Assembly: GCA_002269645.1 (NCBI GenBank)
Contig: NIVC01003333.1
Coordinates: 39,703-103,702, forward strand
DNA length: 64,000 nt
Direction: 5' to 3'
From: Macrostomum lignano
Lineage: Eukaryota
In this document: positions 1 to 11,449 of the stretch, in pieces
Numbering within the stretch: the first letter of the stretch is position 1
Layout: the number at the start of each line of letters is the position of its first letter
Program-made: the position numbers and the translations under genes
The notes under the pieces: generated by a model
What the model was told of the DNA's origin: nothing
Databases searched by the model: none
Seen by the model: the letters and a program-made list of their open reading frames with translations, nothing else

Positions 1-46
1 TGTCGGCCCAGACGACTAGAATCGCCGAGACATTCGCTGTGCCACT

Positions 47-865
47 ATGTTCCGGTATGTCATTGAGTGCTGCTTTGCTGCCATTAGGCAGGACAAATGT
101 TTTAACGAGAGGCACAAACCGAATCAGTGGCTGCAGTCAGCTGGCTTCAGCGAGCGCAGCCAATTAGACGTTATCGAGAACTCGATGGCAAAGTACAATC
201 GGGCGTTTCCACGTTTTGAATCATTTAAACAGCTGCCAACGTCATGGACAGGGCTATCGTTGTTCGAATTCGGTCAGAAGTTCATGCGCCGAGTGCTCTT
301 GTCCAATAAACTGGACGAAATTGAGCAGCTGCACTTCAACTGTGATCTGACGCGTGTCCCCCCTGCTAACACAACGGCATGGATTGCCGAAAACCCGCTG
401 GATCCAAAAAGCTCGGGGTTCCCCGAATTCACACAGAATCTGACAGATGTTTCGGTGGGTCCGTATCAACTATATCAAGCCGATGATTACATTCAAAACA
501 TTCGTGTCAATGAGGTTCTCGGTCTACGAAGGTGACTCCTGGAGAGACTTTGAGTCACTCACATCCGAACTTCCGAGCCACCTCAAGTATTGGAAGTTTC
601 GGTAAGAGACGCAGCCAGAAAACTGGAGCAACCGATTCGGTCGGTGGCATCCGTCTTGGATTTTTTCTAGCTGTCGTTTTCTCGCTCCATAATTCGAAAT
701 CCTACCGCGTGATTCTTAAGAGTGAGTGACAGCAGCGGACAATCGCTTTGGTTTTAGAGATCCAGGATTGCAACTTCTTCATGGCTACTACTCGTCAGCA
801 AAAGCTGGAGGTAGGACTGCAGGCTGCGATTGTCATGTAATGGCAGTGCTCAAACTCCTGGACTG
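47..865 (+). pseudogene. Decayed DDE_Tnp_4-like transposase C-terminus plus SWIM-like Zn finger (element copy 1)
   Basis: FRYVIECCFAAIRQ resembles the RWVVE..NGRLKQ third-acidic-residue motif. FPEFTQNLTDVSVGPYQLYQADDYIQ, SLHNSKSYRVIL and HGYYSSAKAGGRTAGCDCHVMAVLKLL (degenerate CxC..CxH) follow in order across frameshifts. Recognised by eye. Confidence 0.6.
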
Positions 866-1080
866 CTACGCTTACCACCAAGATAGCTATCGAAGGTCTG
901 GTACTAGCCTTCGCTTTGTTGATTCCGCTCTTCCACGCAGCCTTCCTTGTTGCCAGTCTTCATGCCAGAGAAAATGCTTTACCACAGCAGCGAAAGCCTA
1001 CTGAGCAACAGTTTAGCGGCCAGCAAGAGGCGTTTCAGTCAGCCAGCAGAAGCTCAGGATCCAAGCCTCAGTCTTCAAGA

Positions 1081-1775
1081 GTCTTTGGTCTTCAAAACCA
1101 TGGTCAGCAGTGCTACGCAATTGTTTTTGTACTGCTTCACTGCATCAGCAGCAAAGTCCAGCTCTTTCAGCCGCTCAGAGGTGGGGCAGTGAACATCGCA
1201 ATGACAAACCTGATGACGTCTATGGCGACTGAGCAAGCGTAGATCAACTTTTCGAAGCCAACCGAAGCCGATATCCGCAGCAGTTTGCGCCAAGACAGCA
1301 ACACTGCTGCTAACAGTGCATTCTGCCAGAGTCGCAGCAGCAGCGTCATTGCCTAATCGAATTTACACGTGCGGTAGTTGCCTGACTAGCACGGATGAGC
1401 TGCCCATAGGAGTTCTGGATAGTCGTATCCTCAGCATCTCCTTGCAGGAGTTTTCAACCGCGCCGTTAATTCTAGACGGTCTCTACGCTGCTTTTACGGC
1501 ACCAAAGCACGTCCCATGCACCAACACCAACTGTGCAGCTGATCAGGTCTCTAACGGCAGAGTGACCCTGATGCATATAGATCGCATTGGAACCGATGGT
1601 CAAAAACTGAATACGCAAGTCTGTTGGACAATCCGAGCAGGTAACATCTCCAGCTTGGGATGTCCAATGTTCACAGTGTCCCATTACGGTATAGTACGCC
1701 CTTGGAAGGGCACTATACATCTTGTGTCCTGAAAGATAGAGTATGGAATAAGCTGGACGACATGAGAGTTCCAAA
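1081..1775 (+). pseudogene. Decayed ubiquitin-specific protease (peptidase C19/USP) domain (element copy 1)
   Basis: Cys box GLQNHGQQCY, then TCGSC, LMHIDR..G.KLNTQV, VSHYG and, after a frameshift, His box GHYTSCV...WNKLDDMRV. Cys, His and Asp appear in USP order; stops and frameshifts are present. Confidence 0.7.
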
Positions 1776-2263
1776 AAACTACAATCCATTCGTTCATGAG
1801 CAATCCAAGGACCACTGAAGTCACTTCATTAAACTTAGTTGTCCTTGGAGCCCTGCTGCAAGTATAAAGAGACCCATGGGATCATCTGCGAGAATGTTTA
1901 CACAAAAACCCTTTCTGCAAACTAATGACCATACCGTTTCATTTTGTTTAAAAAAGCATCCGGAGCCTTGCTTTGGGCTCCATTCTAGAGACTTAAGTTG
2001 ACATGAGATTCCCATTTTATCCCCTTTATCCCCTGGGACCCCAAGGAAGGGACCCGGATGGGATGTCTCGGCGATTCTAGTCGTCTGGGCCGACAAGTTA
2101 TCGATTGCAGTCGGTTTGGTCCGGAGCTGAACTTCGGGCTCCATTCTGGTGCTTAAGTTGACATCCCCTTTGCTCTCAGAGTTTCTTCCCCAAAACAAAA
2201 AAAGCCAAGAAACAGCGCTTAATGCAATCACCGAAGTGAACTCGGATATTCGAAAAGTCACTG

Positions 2264-2269
2264 TTTATT
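2264..2269 (-). terminator. Polyadenylation signal AATAAA of the peptide gene (same position in all six copies)
   Basis: TTTATT on + strand, about 100 nt downstream of the peptide stop codon. Confidence 0.6.
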
Positions 2270-2369
2270 TTTCATATTCCACACAGAGATCTTTCAGTAA
2301 GTATTGTCAGTAGCATTCTGACGGCGTGAGCTGTGCAGAACGCAGAATAGAACTCGTTGCTTTTCATCT

Positions 2370-2519
2370 CTACCTCCTGCAAGTGTCGCCCTTGCATGAC
2401 GGCGAATCACCGAGGCAGATCTCGTTTATGCAGTAACAGAGTGGACCACAGAGATCATCTGCATTTACAGTTGCCAACAGCGCAACGATGAGGACCAACA
2501 GAGCAAACAGAACTCGCAT
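2370..2519 (-). CDS. Secreted six-cysteine peptide precursor, copy 1 (49 aa)
   Basis: MRVLFALLVLIVALLATVNA-DDLCGPLCYCINEICLGDSPSCKGDTCRR*. Classic signal peptide ending V-N-A, six Cys, C-terminal RR, upstream TATAAATA, downstream AATAAA, no intron. Confidence 0.85.
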   Translation of the reverse strand: MRVLFALLVLIVALLATVNADDLCGPLCYCINEICLGDSPSCKGDTCRR

Positions 2520-2606
2520 GCTGTTTCTTGAAGATGTGAACTTGTTGCAGCCGATAATCTTGTAGGAGGATTTGTAGGCTTGATTTTGTGCCATTGCTCA
2601 GTGTTA

Positions 2607-2614
2607 TATTTATA
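2607..2614 (-). promoter_or_regulatory. TATA box of the peptide gene (conserved in all six copies)
   Basis: TATAAATA on minus strand, about 90 nt upstream of the MRVLF ATG. The predicted TSS (~2580) excludes the upstream MAQNQ ATG at 2594. Confidence 0.7.
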
Positions 2615-3674
2615 GATTCAAGATCCCATAAAACACGGCTGCAATCGTTTAAATCACGCACTGCTTGTCAAGCAGCTCCCAGAAAATTATTCGACTTTCT
2701 GCTCAGGTTGCAATAAATTTTCATGTCCCTGGATTGAGTTTGATTGATGAAGCAGAGTTAATTCGCATGGCGTTAACTAAGATTTGAAATTTTCTCCACG
2801 CCTGCAAAAATAAGCGAAACTGGCTTAGATGCAATCCATCTGCTTTTGAGCTGTGTGCTGGCACGCTGGAGGCTGTTCATACGGACTTTTGTTCGTTACC
2901 ATGACAACAAAATCTCAATCTTTTGCGGTTCCTCCAAAATCTCCTAAAAATCTACCTGTAAATGTTCATATACTACATATACTATATACTATACTCATAT
3001 ACTATACTAGCTAAACAGAGTTTCATGATTGACAAGCTCTTAATCTCTGAAGCTCTTAGATTCCAAGTTCGATGCAAAACAACTCAAGAAGGCGCTATCG
3101 AACGTGACAGAAGCACATGACCGTTGGCCCTGCTTTCAGGAAGCGGCACTGAGCTGGCAACATAAAATTTTGTACAAATTTAGTCGAAAATTAAAAAATC
3201 GATCACATATATCTACCGACAAACCATTTTTAGTACGAGTATAGTGTGTTAAATCGACTAACTCTTCGAAACCAACAAGTAATTAAGTAGGCAAAATCGG
3301 ATGTCTGTAGCCTTCAATACCTCTGCGTTCTCGCGAACGCAAACAAAACAAACAAGTTAGCAAAAACACGCTTACCAAAAATCACGCCTTTTTTAATTAT
3401 TATTTAACGTGGGGTGGGGTTAGCAAATTGAGGGGGTTGGCTCATGTACATTAAATCAAGAAAAAATACATGTACAATTAACTAAGTAAAACCCCAAAAA
3501 TATGACAAACAATGAACCTTCAGAACATAGTGGAACTTAAATTTTAACCAAATAATACATACAAGTTCCTCTTATAGACTTTTTATTACATGTATGTCTT
3601 AGAATGGAATCCGAATTTAATGTGTCATATCTCATACAAAATGATAAGAGAAATGATAAGAGTCTGCAGAATTC

Positions 3675-5700
3675 GAGTCAGTAGAGTCGCAGTCAGCAGA
3701 GGCCCAGTCCGAAGAATCCCTGTCAGCAGAGGCCCAGTCAGCAGAGGCCCAGTCAGTAGAGTCCCAGTCAGCAGAGGCCCAGTCAGTAGAGTCGCAGTCA
3801 GCAGAGGCCCAGTCAGTAGAGTCGCAGTCAGCAGAGGCCCAGTCAGCAGAGTCCCAGTCAGCAGAGGCCCAGTCAGCAGAGGCCCAGTCAGCAGAGTCCC
3901 AGTCAGCAGAGGCCCAGTCAGCAGAGGCCCAGTCAGTAGAGTCCCAGTCAGCAAAGGCCCAGTCAGTAGAGTCCCAGTCAGCAGAGGCCCAGTCATAGAG
4001 TCCCAGTCAGCAGAGGCCCAGTCAGTAGAGTCGCAGTCAGCAGAGACCCAGTCAGTAGAGTCCCAGTCAGCAGAGGCCCAGTCAGTAGAGTCCCAGTCAG
4101 CAGAGGCCCAGTCAGTAGAGTCCCAGTCAGCAGAGTCCCAGTCAGTAGAGTCCCAGTCAGCAGAGTCCCAGTCATAGAGTCCCAGTCAGTAGAGTCCCAG
4201 TCAGCAGATTCCCAGTCAGCAGAGGCCCAGTCAGTAGAGTCCCAGTCAGTAGAGTCCCAGTCGGCAGAGGCCCAGTCCTGCAGTAGAGTCCCAGTCAGTA
4301 GAGTCCCAGTCGGCAGAGGCCCAGTCAGTAGAGTCCCAGTCAGTAGAGTCCCAGTCAGTAGAGTCCCAGTCAGTAGAGTCCCAGTCAGCAGAGTCCCAGT
4401 CAGTAGAGTCCCAGTCAGTAGAGTCCCAGTCAGTAGAGTCCCAGTCAGTAGAGTCCCAGTCGGCAGAGGCCCAGTCCTGCAGTAGAGTCCCAGTCAGTAG
4501 AGTCCCAGTCGGCAGAGGCCCAGTCAGTAGAGTCCCAGTCAGTAGAGTCCCAGTCAGTAGAGTCCCAGTCAGTAGAGTCCCAGTCAGCAGAGTCCCAGTC
4601 AGTAGAGTCCCAGTCAGTAGAGTCCCAGTCAGTAGAGTCCCAGTCAGCAGAGTCCCAGTCATAGAGTCACAGTCAGTAGAGTCCCAGTCAGTAGAGTCCC
4701 AGTCAGCAGAGGCCCAGTCAGCAGAGGCCCAGTCAGTAGAGTCGCAGTCAGCAGAGGCCCAGTCAGTAGAGTCCCAGACAGTAGAGTCCCAGTCGGCAGA
4801 GGCCCAGTCAGTAGAGTCCCAGTCAGTAGAGTCCCAGTCAGTAGAGTCCCAGTCAGTAGAGTCCCAGTCAGTAGAGTCCCAGTCAGTAGAGTCCCAGTCA
4901 GTAGAGTCCCAGTCAGTAGAGTCCCAGTCAGTAGAGTCCCAGTCAGTAGAGTCCCAGTCAGTAGAGTCCCAGTCAGTAGAGTCCCAGTCAGTAGAGTCCC
5001 AGTCAGTAGAGTCCCAGTCAGTAGAGTCCCAGTCAGTAGAGTCCCAGTCAGTAGAGTCCCAGTCAGTAGAGTCCCAGTCAGCAGAGTCCCAGTCAGTAGA
5101 GTCCCAGTCAGTAGAGTCCCAGTCAGCAGAGTCCCAGTCATAGAGTCACAGTCAGTAGAGTCCCAGTCAGTAGAGTCCCAGTCAGCAGAGGCCCAGTCAG
5201 TAGAGTCCCAGTCAGCAGAGGCCCAGTCAGCAGAGGCCCAGTCAGTAGAGTCGCAGTCAGCAGAGGCCCAGTCAGTAGAGTCCCAGTCAGTAGAGTCCCA
5301 GTCGGCAGAGGCCCAGTCAGTAGAGTCCCAGTCAGTAGAGTCCCAGTCAGTAGAGTCCCAGTCAGTAGAGTCCCAGTCAGTAGAGTCCCAGTCAGTAGAG
5401 TCCCAGTCAGTAGAGTCCCAGTCAGTAGAGTCCCAGTCAGTAGAGTCCCAGTCAGTAGAGTCCCAGTCAGTAGAGTCCCAGTCAGTAGAGTCCCAGTCAG
5501 TAGAGTCCCAGTCAGTAGAGTCCCAGTCAGTAGAGTCCCAGTCAGTAGAGTCCCAGTCAGCAGAGTCCCAGTCAGTAGAGTCCCAGTCAGCAGAGGCCCA
5601 GTCAGTAGAGTCCCAGTCAGCAAAGGCCCAGTCAGTAGAGTCCCAGTCAGCAGAGTCCCAGTCAGTAGAGTCCCAGTCAGCAGAGGCCCAGTCAGTAGAG
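3675..5700. repeat. 15-bp satellite (CCCAGTCAGTAGAGT)n, ~2 kb
   Basis: Direct tandem array with internal higher-order duplications (e.g. ATAGAGTCACAG variant at ~4661 and ~5140). Confidence 0.95.
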
Positions 5701-6037
5701 TTTTTAATTACGACTTTACTCTCAGAGCTGCTCTCAGAAGTTCGTGAAAGCACGAAAGGGGATGTCAACTTAAGCACCAGAATGGAGCCCGAAGTTCAGC
5801 TCCGGACCAAACCGACTGCAATCGATAACTTGTCGGCCCAGACGACTAGAATCGCCGAGACATCCCATCCGGGTCTTTTCCTTGGGGTCCCAGGGGATAA
5901 AGGGGATAAAATGGGGATCTCATGTCAACTTAAGGTTCTGGAATGGAGCCCGAAGTTCAGCTCGGGACCAAAGCGACTGCAATCGATAACTTGTCGGCCC
6001 AGACGACTAGAATCGCCGAGACATTCGCTGTGCCACT

Positions 6038-6857
6038 ATGTTCCGGTATGTCATTGAGTGCTGCTTTGCTGCCATTAGGCAGGACAAATGTTTTAACGAG
6101 AGGCACAAACCGAATCAGTGGCTGCAGTCAGCTGGCTTCAGCGAGCGCAGCCAATTAGACGTTATCGAGAACTCGATGGCAAAGTACAATCGGGCGTTTC
6201 CACGTTTTGAATCATTTAAACAGCTGCCAACGTCATGGACAGGGCTATCGTTGTTCGAATTCGGTCAGAAGTTCATGCGCCGAGTGCTCTTGTCCAATAA
6301 ACTGGACGAAATTGAGCAGCTGCACTTCAACTGTGATCTGACGCGTGTCCCCCCTGCTAACACAACGGCATGGATTGCCGAAAACCCGCTGGATCCAAAA
6401 AGCTCGGGGTTCCCCCGAATTCACACAGAATCTGACAGATGTTTCGGTGGGTCCGTATCAACTATATCAAGCCGATGATTACATTCAAAACATTCGTGTC
6501 AATGAGGTTCTCGGTCTACGAAGGTGACTCCTGGAGAGACTTTGAGTCACTCACATCCGAACTTCCGAGCCACCTCAAGTATTGGAAGTTTCGGTAAGAG
6601 ACGCAGCCAGAAAACTGGAGCAACCGATTCGGTCGGTGGCATCCGTCTTGGATTTTTTCTAGCTGTCGTTTTCTCGCTCCATAATTCGAAATCCTACCGC
6701 GTGATTCTTAAGAGTGAGTGACAGCAGCGGACAATCGCTTTGGTTTTAGAGATCCAGGATTGCAACTTCTTCATGGCTACTACTCGTCAGCAAAAGCTGG
6801 AGGTAGGACTGCAGGCTGCGATTGTCATGTAATGGCAGTGCTCAAACTCCTGGACTG
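6038..6857 (+). pseudogene. Decayed DDE C-terminus plus SWIM-like remnant (copy 2)
   Basis: As copy 1, with one extra C in a C-run (GGGGTTCCCCCG) that shifts the frame. Confidence 0.6.
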
Positions 6858-7072
6858 CTACGCTTACCACCAAGATAGCTATCGAAGGTCTGGTACTAGC
6901 CTTCGCTTTGTTGATTCCGCTCTTCCACGCAGCCTTCCTTGTTGCCAGTCTTCATGCCAGAGAAAATGCTTTACCACAGCAGCGAAAGCCTACTGAGCAA
7001 CAGTTTAGCGGCCAGCAAGAGGCGTTTCAGTCAGCCAGCAGAAGCTCAGGATCCAAGCCTCAGTCTTCAAGA

Positions 7073-7767
7073 GTCTTTGGTCTTCAAAACCATGGTCAGC
7101 AGTGCTACGCAATTGTTTTTGTACTGCTTCACTGCATCAGCAGCAAAGTCCAGCTCTTTCAGCCGCTCAGAGGTGGGGCAGTGAACATCGCAATGACAAA
7201 CCTGATGACGTCTATGGCGACTGAGCAAGCGTAGATCAACTTTTCGAAGCCAACCGAAGCCGATATCCGCAGCAGTTTGCGCCAAGACAGCAACACTGCT
7301 GCTAACAGTGCATTCTGCCAGAGTCGCAGCAGCAGCGTCATTGCCTAATCGAATTTACACGTGCGGTAGTTGCCTGACTAGCACGGATGAGCTGCCCATA
7401 GGAGTTCTGGATAGTCGTATCCTCAGCATCTCCTTGCAGGAGTTTTCAACCGCGCCGTTAATTCTAGACGGTCTCTACGCTGCTTTTACGGCACCAAAGC
7501 ACGTCCCATGCACCAACACCAACTGTGCAGCTGATCAGGTCTCTAACGGCAGAGTGACCCTGATGCATATAGATCGCATTGGAACCGATGGTCAAAAACT
7601 GAATACGCAAGTCTGTTGGACAATCCGAGCAGGTAACATCTCCAGCTTGGGATGTCCAATGTTCACAGTGTCCCATTACGGTATAGTACGCCCTTGGAAG
7701 GGCACTATACATCTTGTGTCCTGAAAGATAGAGTATGGAATAAGCTGGACGACATGAGAGTTCCAAA
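7073..7767 (+). pseudogene. Decayed USP/C19 peptidase remnant (copy 2)
   Basis: Same Cys box and His box as copy 1. Confidence 0.7.
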
Positions 7768-8361
7768 AAACTACAATCCATTCGTTCATGAGCAATCCAA
7801 GGACCACTGAAGTCACTTCATTAAACTTAGTTGTCCTTGGAGCCCTGCTGCAAGTATAAAGAGACCCATGGGATCATCTGCGAGAATGTTTACACAAAAA
7901 CCCTTTCTGCAAACTAATGACCATACCGTTTCATTTTGTTTAAAAAAGCATCCGGAGCCTTGCTTTGGGCTCCATTCTAGAGACTTAAGTTGACATGAGA
8001 TTCCCATTTTATCCCCTTTATCCCCTGGGACCCCAAGGAAGGGACCCGGATGGGATGTCTCGGCGATTCTAGTCGTCTGGGCCGACAAGTTATCGATTGC
8101 AGTCGGTTTGGTCCGGAGCTGAACTTCGGGCTCCATTCTGGTGCTTAAGTTGACATCCCCTTTGCTCTCAGAGTTTCTTCCCCAAAACAAGAAAAGCCAA
8201 GAAACAGCGCTTAATGCAATCACCGAAGTGAACTCGGATATTCGAAAAGTCACTGTTTATTTTTCATATTCCACACAGAGATCTTTCAGTAAGTATTGTC
8301 AGTAGCATTCTGACGGCGTGAGCTGTGCAGAACGCAGAATAGAACTCGTTGCTTTTCATCT

Positions 8362-8511
8362 CTACCTCCTGCAAGTGTCGCCCTTGCATGACGGCGAATC
8401 ACCGAGGCAGATCTCGTTTATGCAGTAACAGAGTGGACCACAGAGATCATCTGCATTTACAGTTGCCAACAGCGCAACGATGAGGACCAACAGAGCAAAC
8501 AGAACTCGCAT
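8362..8511 (-). CDS. Secreted six-cysteine peptide precursor, copy 2
   Basis: Translation identical to copy 1. Confidence 0.85.
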   Translation of the reverse strand: MRVLFALLVLIVALLATVNADDLCGPLCYCINEICLGDSPSCKGDTCRR

Positions 8512-9665
8512 GCTGTTTCTTGAAGATGTGAACTTGTTGCAGCCGATAATCTTGTAGGAGGATTTGTAGGCTTGATTTTGTGCCATTGCTCAGTGTTATA
8601 TTTATAGATTCAAGATCCCATAAAACACGGCTGCAATCGTTTAAATCACGCACTGCTTGTCAAGCAGCTCCCAGAAAATTATTCGACTTTCTGCTCAGGT
8701 TGCAATAAATTTTCATGTCCCTGGATTGAGTTTGATTGATGAAGCAGAGTTAATTCGCATGGCGTTAACTAAGATTTGAAATTTTCTCCACGCCTGCAAA
8801 AATAAGCGAAACTGGCTTAGATGCAATCCATCTGCTTTTGAGCTGTGTGCTGGCACGCTGGAGGCTGTTCATACGGACTTTTGTTCGTTACCATGACAAC
8901 AAAATCTCAATCTTTTGCGGTTCCTCCAAAATCTCCTAAAAATCTACCTGTAAATGTTCATATACTACATATACTATATACTATACTCATATACTATACT
9001 AGCTAAACAGAGTTTCATGATTGACAAGCTCTTAATCTCTGAAGCTCTTAGATTCCAAGTTCGATGCAAAACAACTCAAGAAGGCGCTATCGAACGTGAC
9101 AGAAGCACATGACCGTTGGCCCTGCTTTCAGGAAGCGGCACTGAGCTGGCAACATAAAATTTTGTACAAATTTAGTCGAAAATTAAAAAATCGATCACAT
9201 ATATCTACCGACAAACCATTTTTAGTACGAGTATAGTGTGTTAAATCGACTAACTCTTCGAAACCAACAAGTAATTAAGTAGGCAAAATCGGATGTCTGT
9301 AGCCTTCAATACCTCTGCGTTCTCGCGAACGCAAACAAAACAAACAAGTTAGCAAAAACACGCTTACCAAAAATCACGCCTTTTTAAATTATTATTTAAC
9401 GTGGGGTGGGGTTAGCAAATTGAGGGGGTTGGCTCATGTACATTAAATCAAGAAAAAATACATGTACAATTAACTAAGTAAAACCCCAAAAATATGACAA
9501 ACAATGAACCTTCAGAACATAGTGGAACTTAAATTTTAACCAAATAATACATACAAGTTCCTCTTATAGACTTTTTATTACATGTATGTCTTGGAATGGA
9601 ATCCGAATTTAATATGTCATATCTCATACAAAATGATAAGAGAAATGATAAGAGTCTGCAGAATT

Positions 9666-9916
9666 CGAGTCAGAAGAGTCCCAGTCAGCAGAGGCCCAGT
9701 CAGCAGAGGCCCAGTCAGCAGAGGCCCAGTCAGTAGATTCCCAGTCAGCAGAGGCCCAGTCAGCAGAGGCCCAGTCAGTAGAGTCCCAGTCAGCAGAGGC
9801 CCAGTCAGTAGAGTCCCAGTCAGCAGAGTCCCAGTCAGCAGAGGCCCAGTCATAGAGTCCCAGTCAGCAGAGGCCCAGTCATAGAGTCCCAGTCAGCAGA
9901 GGCCCAGTCAGTAGAG
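9666..9916. repeat. 15-bp satellite array (short)
   Basis: Same unit as 3675-5700, ending at the same GAG|TTTTTAATTACGAC junction. Confidence 0.95.
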
Positions 9917-10414
9917 TTTTTAATTACGACTTTACTCTCAGAGCTGCTCTCAGAAGTTCGTGAAAGCACGAAAGGGGATGTCAACTTAAGCACCAGAATG
10001 GTGCCCGAAGTTCAGCTCCGGACCAAAGCGACTGCAATCGATAACTTGTCGGCCCAGACGACTAGAATCGCCGAGACATCCCATCCGGGTCCCTTCCTTG
10101 GGGTCCCAGGGGATAAAGGGGATAAAATGGGAATCTCATGTCAACTTAAGGCTCTGGAATGGAGCCCAAAGCAAGGCTCCGGACCAAACCGACTGCAATC
10201 GATAACTTGTCGGCCCAGACGACTAGAATCGCCGAGACATCCCATCTGGGTCTTTTCCTTGGGGTCCCAGGGGATAAAGGGGATAAAATGGGGATCTCAT
10301 GTCAACTTAAGGCTCTGGAATGGAGCCCGAAGTTCAGCTCGGGACCAAAGCGACTGCAATCGATAACTTGTCGGCCCAGACGACTAGAATCGCCGAGACA
10401 TTCGCTGTGCCACT

Positions 10415-11234
10415 ATGTTCCGGTATGTCATTGAGTGCTGCTTTGCTGCCATTAGGCAGGACAAATGTTTTAACGAGAGGCACAAACCGAATCAGTGGCT
10501 GCAGTCAGCCGGCTTCAGCGAGCGCAGCCAATTAGACGTTATCGAGAACTCGATGGCAAAGTACAATCGGGCGTTTCCACGTTTTGAATCATTTAAACAG
10601 CTGCCAACGTCATGGACAGGGCTATCGTTGTTCGAATTCGGTCAGAAGTTCATGCGCCGAGTGCTCTTGTCCAATAAACTGGACGAAATTGAGCAGCTGC
10701 ACTTCAACTGTGATCTGACGCGTGTCCCCCCTGCTAACACAACGGCATGGATTGCCGAAAACCCGCTGGATCCAAAAAGCTCGGGGTTCCCCCGAATTCA
10801 CACAGAATTTGACAGATGTTTCGGTGGGTCCGTATCAACTATATCAAGCCGATGATTACATTCAAAACATTCGTGTCAATGAGGTTCTCGGTCTACGAAG
10901 GTGACTCCTGGAGAGACTTTGAGTCGCTCACATCCGAACTTCCGAGCCACCTCAAGTATTGGAAGTTTCGGTAAGAGACGCAGCCAGAAAACTGGAGCAA
11001 CCGATTCGGTCGGTGGCATCCGTCTTGGATTTTTTCTAGCTGTCGTTTTCTCGCTCCATAATTCGAAATCCTACCGCGTGATTCTTAAGAGTGAGTGACA
11101 GCAGCGGACAATCGCTTTGGTTTTAGAGATCCAGGATTGCAACTTCTTCATGGCTACTACTCGTCAGCAAAAGCTGGAGGTAGGACTGCAGGCTGCGATT
11201 GTCATGTAATGGCAGTGCTCAAACTCCTGGGCTG
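10415..11234 (+). pseudogene. Decayed DDE C-terminus plus SWIM-like remnant (copy 3)
   Basis: Near-identical to copy 2. Confidence 0.6.
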
Positions 11235-11449
11235 CTACGCTTACCACCAAGATAGCTATCGAAGGTCTGGTACTAGCCTTCGCTTTGTTGATTCCGCTCT
11301 TCCACGCAGCCTTCCTTGTTGCCAGTCTTCATGCCAGAGAAAATGCTTTACCACAGCAGCGAAAGCCTACTGAGCAACAGTTTAGCGGCCAGCAAGAGGC
11401 GTTTCAGTCAGCCAGCAGAAGCTCAGGATCCAAGCCTCAGTCTTCAAGA

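Larger units (their letters stand above)
1..2168 (+). mobile_element. Spy-like (PHIS group) TIR element, copy 1; left end lies outside the window
   Basis: Right end ...GTTGACATCCCC|TTTGCTCTCAG at 2168, identical to copies 2 and 3. About 210 bp (1960-2168) is an inverted copy of the left subterminal repeats. Confidence 0.8.
5758..8160 (+). mobile_element. Spy-like TIR element, copy 2 (2403 bp, both ends present)
   Basis: GCACGAAA|GGGGATGTCAAC...GTTGACATCCCC|TTTGCTCTC versus empty site GCACGAAATTTGCTCTC (14345-14361): no TSD. 161-bp subterminal repeats. Confidence 0.85.

Noticed and set aside
2360-2376. Possible splice donor AG|GTAGAG at the peptide C-terminus
   Set aside because: Weak donor. 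An in-frame TAG, AATAAA about 100 nt downstream and an even Cys count favour termination here. cDNA would settle it.
2520-2594. N-terminal extension MAQNQAYKSS... in the ORF track
   Set aside because: That ATG is only ~13 nt below the TATA box, upstream of the expected TSS. The signal peptide starts at MRVLF.
3590-5777. Long ORFs of DWDST / TGTLL / VPVSRGP / SQSAE repeats
   Set aside because: Translations of a 15-bp satellite that happens to lack stops. Open in several frames on both strands, array length varies about 10-fold between units, and there is no gene structure.
5782-6158. MEPEVQLRTK... ORFs recurring on both strands
   Set aside because: Translations of the 161-bp subterminal and TIR repeats, not proteins
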